Of a stretch of DNA of 64,000 bases, positions 1 through 64,000 are shown piece by piece. The notes below the pieces were generated by a model. That model did not search any database. It saw only the letters and a list, made by a program, of their open reading frames with translations, and was not told the DNA's origin. Source of the DNA: Octopus bimaculoides (Eukaryota); the NCBI RefSeq assembly GCF_001194135.2, contig NC_069003.1:32574495-32638494 (forward strand), in the 5' to 3' direction. Numbering within the stretch: the stretch's first letter is position 1; every line of letters begins with the position of its first letter. The translations under genes and the position numbers were made by a program.

Positions 1-1272
1 ATAACACTAGCCCCCTTCGTCAGGGTGGAAAGATTGCCAACTAGCTGATATACATGTGTATGTGTGTTCATTCATTCCATTCCCTCCACTCTTGTTAACA
101 CTTACACAGGCCATAAGAGCTTTGACAAAAGTCCCATGAGTTTCAGTTTATCCATGACTGATCTAGAACTTACATCATTACACAATGTTCACCACCACCA
201 CCACTTTTTTTTAAAACCTTTTAAAGTGTGATTTGACAGAGATTTAGCTGCTATTTCTAGTATGTCCAATGACCTCATAGAAGCTTCCTTGTTGGCTCAA
301 TTGTTTCAGTTATTTAAGATTATGAAGAATTGTCTATTTCTGTTTCTGAATCTAAGGAAATAGCAAGGTTTTGATGCCAACATTTCCTGGAATAAATATA
401 TTTTTTCTTTATTTTTTAAAATTATTTTTGTTACTTTTAACAATCTTATTGTTACATTCAATATCATGGAAATACTATGGCTAAATTTATAGGAATTTTT
501 TATTCTTTTTTGAAAAAGGTTTGGAATTTTGTTTTATTTTATATTCTAAAAGAAGCATTTGGCAAATGTTCAAAACTTGCGTCTCATATTGCCATTATTT
601 GGGGGTTTTCTTCTTCTTCCCCATATTTTAAAAAATTTTCCTTTGTTGGTTTTTTTTTGTATTATTTTTTGTTTTTTTCTTGTTGTTTTTTTCTCCACTG
701 CAGGATGTAAATTTGTGTGAAAACTTAAGACTTCAATTTTTGGCTCTTTTATGATGAGATATTTTTATTTAATAACATCACCTACACTACCATAGTGTAC
801 ACACTACTATCTATTTCCTAAATACACTAATAATAGCTTGATCTCTCAAAGGACTTGCTAGAAATTAATATATTAGTATTTTGTTACCAGCAACCAAAAT
901 TTTATGTAAATTTGATTTAAATTTGTACAAACATGTCAGACTTTAATTTTCGGCTTTTATGAAAAGATGTTTCCATTTAATAATATAGTTGACATTCAGC
1001 CTGGGACTGTAGTAGAAGACATGTAACATGTTGGGCAAGTTTCTTTTGTTATAGCCTTGGGCCAACCAAAGCTTTGTGAATGGAAACTGAAAATAGCCTC
1101 TTGTAATGTATACGCATGTATGTATATAAGTGTGTGCGTGTGTGTGTGTATATATATATATATTATCTGAAGCAGTTTGATTCAATTCCCTGCTATTTCA
1201 AGTTTCGCAGACCCCCTAACAGGAGCCTGACGCCATGAGGCTTTAGATTGCTGAATGTATATATGTTTAGTT

Positions 1273-1653
1273 GTGGAGGCGCAATGGCCCAGTGGTTAGG
1301 GCAGCGGACTCGCGGTCATAGGATCGCGGTTTCGATTGCCAGACCGGGCGTTGTGAGTGTTTATTGAGTGAAAACACCTAAAAGCTCCATGAGGCTCCGG
1401 CAGCGGATGGTGGCAAACCCTGCTGTACTCTTTCACCACAACTTTCTCTCGCTCTTTCTTCCTGTTTCTGTTGTGCCTGTAATTCAAAAGGTCAGCCTTG
1501 TCACACTGTGTCACGCTGAATATCCCCGAGAACTACGTTAAGGGTACACGTGTCTGTGGAGTGCTCAGCCACTTGCACATTAATTTCACGAGCAGGCTGT
1601 TCTGTTGATCAGATCAACTAAAATCCTTGTCATTGTAACCAATAGAATGCCAG
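1273..1653 (+). mobile_element. tRNA-derived SINE, CpG-rich, single copy in the window
   Basis: A box TGGCCCAGTGG (1285-1295) and B-box-like GGTTTCGATTGCC (1328-1340), followed by a 300-nt non-tRNA body; no acceptor-stem closure. Confidence 0.75.
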
Positions 1654-2012
1654 TTTTTTTTTTTTTTTTTTTTTTTAATATGGGCTATTCCTGTTGGAAA
1701 AAGAGAGAGAGGAGGTGAGCGAGAAAAGATGGTGAAGAAGATATGTTAGATGTAGGTTCACGTTGCAGGCAAGTTTGATGCTGGACAACTGAAACTCTAC
1801 GTTATCATTCAATGCTGTAATGAGATTTTCATTGAGATTTCAACTGAAATATGAACACTTCAGAATGGGGCAGGGTAGTCTCACACAAATTGGGTTAAAA
1901 TTAACAGCTAAGCAATTCTTAATTATATTACTCACATTTTATGTACAATCTATGATGTTACCATAATTTTTATTAATGTTAATAGAGTAATTTTTCTTTT
2001 CTCCTTTTCTAG

Positions 2013-61611
<59,599 letters not shown>

Positions 61612-61979
61612 GTGAGATTAATATTACTGTTTGTGCGTGAGAAGCACCCGTTATTTCTGCCTTGCACACCCATTTTGCTAATGTACCATACTCCATACTT
61701 CTGTGGAAACTCACCACGATCGCTCATTAATTCTAATGACTGGATTTCTTGAGTTGTTTACTTGTATATTAATGATAATGATAATAATGACGAAGTTGAT
61801 GATGACAACAACCACCAGAATTTGAATAATTAAATATCTAAAAAGCCTTGCTGATAATTTATACATCCATTTTTTTTTTTTCTTTTGTAGCAAAATAGTT
61901 TTATATATATATAAATACATACATATAGATATGTGTGTGTGTGTATGTATGTGTATGTATATATATATATGTATGTGTG

Positions 61980-62041
<62 letters not shown>

Positions 62042-62206
62042 TACACACACATATGTAAAAGTGTATATATAGTCATACACAGACTCCATAAAGAGATAGT
62101 ATAATAGCAAAACAAGATTCTTGCGTTAATGTTGTGTGCCTCATTTCAGTTTATTTTATCATTTGTACATATTTTAGTCATATATATGTCTGTGTATATA
62201 TATGTG

Positions 62207-62258
<52 letters not shown>

Positions 62259-62358
62259 CACACACACATGTATAAATATATAGGTATACATATATCTTTG
62301 TGTGTGGGTATGTATATGTACATACAAATGTGTGTATATATACATTTATTCATGTGTT

Positions 62359-62410
<52 letters not shown>

Positions 62411-63564
62411 TACATAGATGCACACTGTTATGTAGAGAATCAAATACTTCCCATTAAGATAGCTACGTAGAATAAATGTGATGTTGCTTACAGAAAATTA
62501 GTTAAATTTTAATTGCAAATGTTAATAGTTAAATAATGTTAGCCTTTTAATGTATATATATTATATATGTCCAGAATATGAATTATGAATTTTTAATAAT
62601 TGTAAAAAAAAAATACAAATAAAAAATACAAAAATAGAAATAAAACCTACCAGCAAAAAGAAAAAAAATACATCAAACTCCTTTGACATCACAACCTTGA
62701 CTATGTGTGCTATTACTTCTCTCTCTCTCTTTCTCTCTCCCTCTCCCTCTCTCTCTCTCATTCACAATCTGTCTGGCAGTGATCCAGAAGCAAAATAATC
62801 AAACTAATGTGGTGTATATTGTCGTATGACTTACATGAAATTTGAGCAATGTTCTGAACCTCCTCAGTACCTGTTTCAGCAACTTGTTTACATCCACCTG
62901 CTTTACTATAACCCACAACACCATCACTTTCTCAATCTTCATGGGTCTCAAACAAAAGATGAGTCCAAAATGTTTTTAAAAATCTCCACTCCCCACAGCA
63001 CCTTAACATAATGAATTCTACAAACTCTACAATGACATTAGTATATATGTGTATATATATATATATATACAAGAATAATGATAAAATCAAATGTTGATAT
63101 TTTGATATTTTGAAAGCATTTAATACACATGTCTCCAGTAGTTATGCAAGATAATTCTTACGTAATACCTTCCTGTGTCAATTTGAGTGAGGATAGTACT
63201 ATTATGTAAGAATTATCTTGCATACTTACTGCAAAGATATATANNNNNNNNNNNNNNNNNNNNNNNNNNNNNNNNNNNNNNNNNNNNNNNNNNNNNNNNN
63301 NATATATATATATATAATATGAGCTGCTGCTGGCTAAAGCAGTGAAACTCAAATAAATAAACTTTGCAGTCTATTTAAATAAAACACCTTGCACAAAATA
63401 ACAACGGCTCAGGGAAGTCCATACCTTGCCATGATGGGAAATACTAGCTGATGGCTTAGTCATGGTGCTGATATTTTAAAGAGGCTGACACTCTTTGTAG
63501 AGATTTATAAAATCTACTGCAGAAACTTATAAGAGAGAGGCTTATGACACTCATAAAGACTTAA

Positions 63565-63775
63565 GACATCCACTGTGGAAACTTATGACATCCACTGTGG
63601 AAACTTATGACATCCATTGTGGAAACTTATGACATCCATTGTGGAGATTTGTGACATCCTCAGTGGAGACTTACAACATTCAGTGTGATTACTTGTGACA
63701 TCCACTATAGATATTTATCACATCCCTCCACTGTAAACACTTATGATATTCACTTTAGTAAGACTTATGATGTCA
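63565..63775 (+). repeat. 22-bp minisatellite GACATCCACTGTGGAAACTTAT
   Basis: Two perfect units from 63565, then progressively decayed units; no spacers. Confidence 0.9.
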
Positions 63776-64000
63776 GCTTCTGAGAAAAGTTATAATAACT
63801 ATGTAGAGCATTAAGAGATCAATTGTAAATTTGTTTTATCTTCTTTCTCTCTTTCATTCCTTCTCTTTTGTTTCTGTCGTCCTCCACCTCTTTTTTTATT
63901 TCACACTAAAATCAAAGTTGATTTTTAAAATTTTAATTAATCGTTGCAAAAAACATACACACACACACACACACACACTTTTTATTACATGCATATTTTT

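Noticed and set aside
1273-1350. tRNA gene
   Set aside because: Has A/B boxes but no closed acceptor stem and continues into a repeat body; it is a SINE head, like the family A and B heads.
63565-63775. CRISPR-like array
   Set aside because: Units are head-to-tail with no unique spacers, no cas genes, and the context is a eukaryotic intron.

Overview
Eukaryotic, AT-rich draft-assembly DNA with about a dozen N gaps, most of them next to (AT)n or (CA)n tracts. The repeat families and microsatellite load point to an octopus or other coleoid cephalopod (inference). The whole window is the internal part of one + strand, intron-rich gene encoding a ZO-1/TJP1 (Polychaetoid) MAGUK scaffold. I reconstructed 22 GT-AG exons (about 3.44 kb, about 1,150 aa) covering most of PDZ2, PDZ3, SH3, the U5/HOOK linker, the GuK domain and a long low-complexity tail. 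PDZ1 and the expected ZU5 domain are not in the window. Every junction is phase-compatible except 49714->52227, which needs an unseen exon, probably in the 907-N gap. The model includes a 30-nt and a 12-nt symmetric microexon. Introns hold a decayed DD34D mariner, RTE LINE 3' fragments, several tRNA-derived SINE families, TTAA- and hAT-type MITEs, minisatellites, and long inverted repeats. One inverted repeat is a 227-bp palindrome carrying a mutated hammerhead-ribozyme motif. Apart from the ZO-1 exon fragments, the mariner ORFs and one RTE fragment, the ORF track is noise. No CRISPR, rRNA or real tRNA genes were seen.
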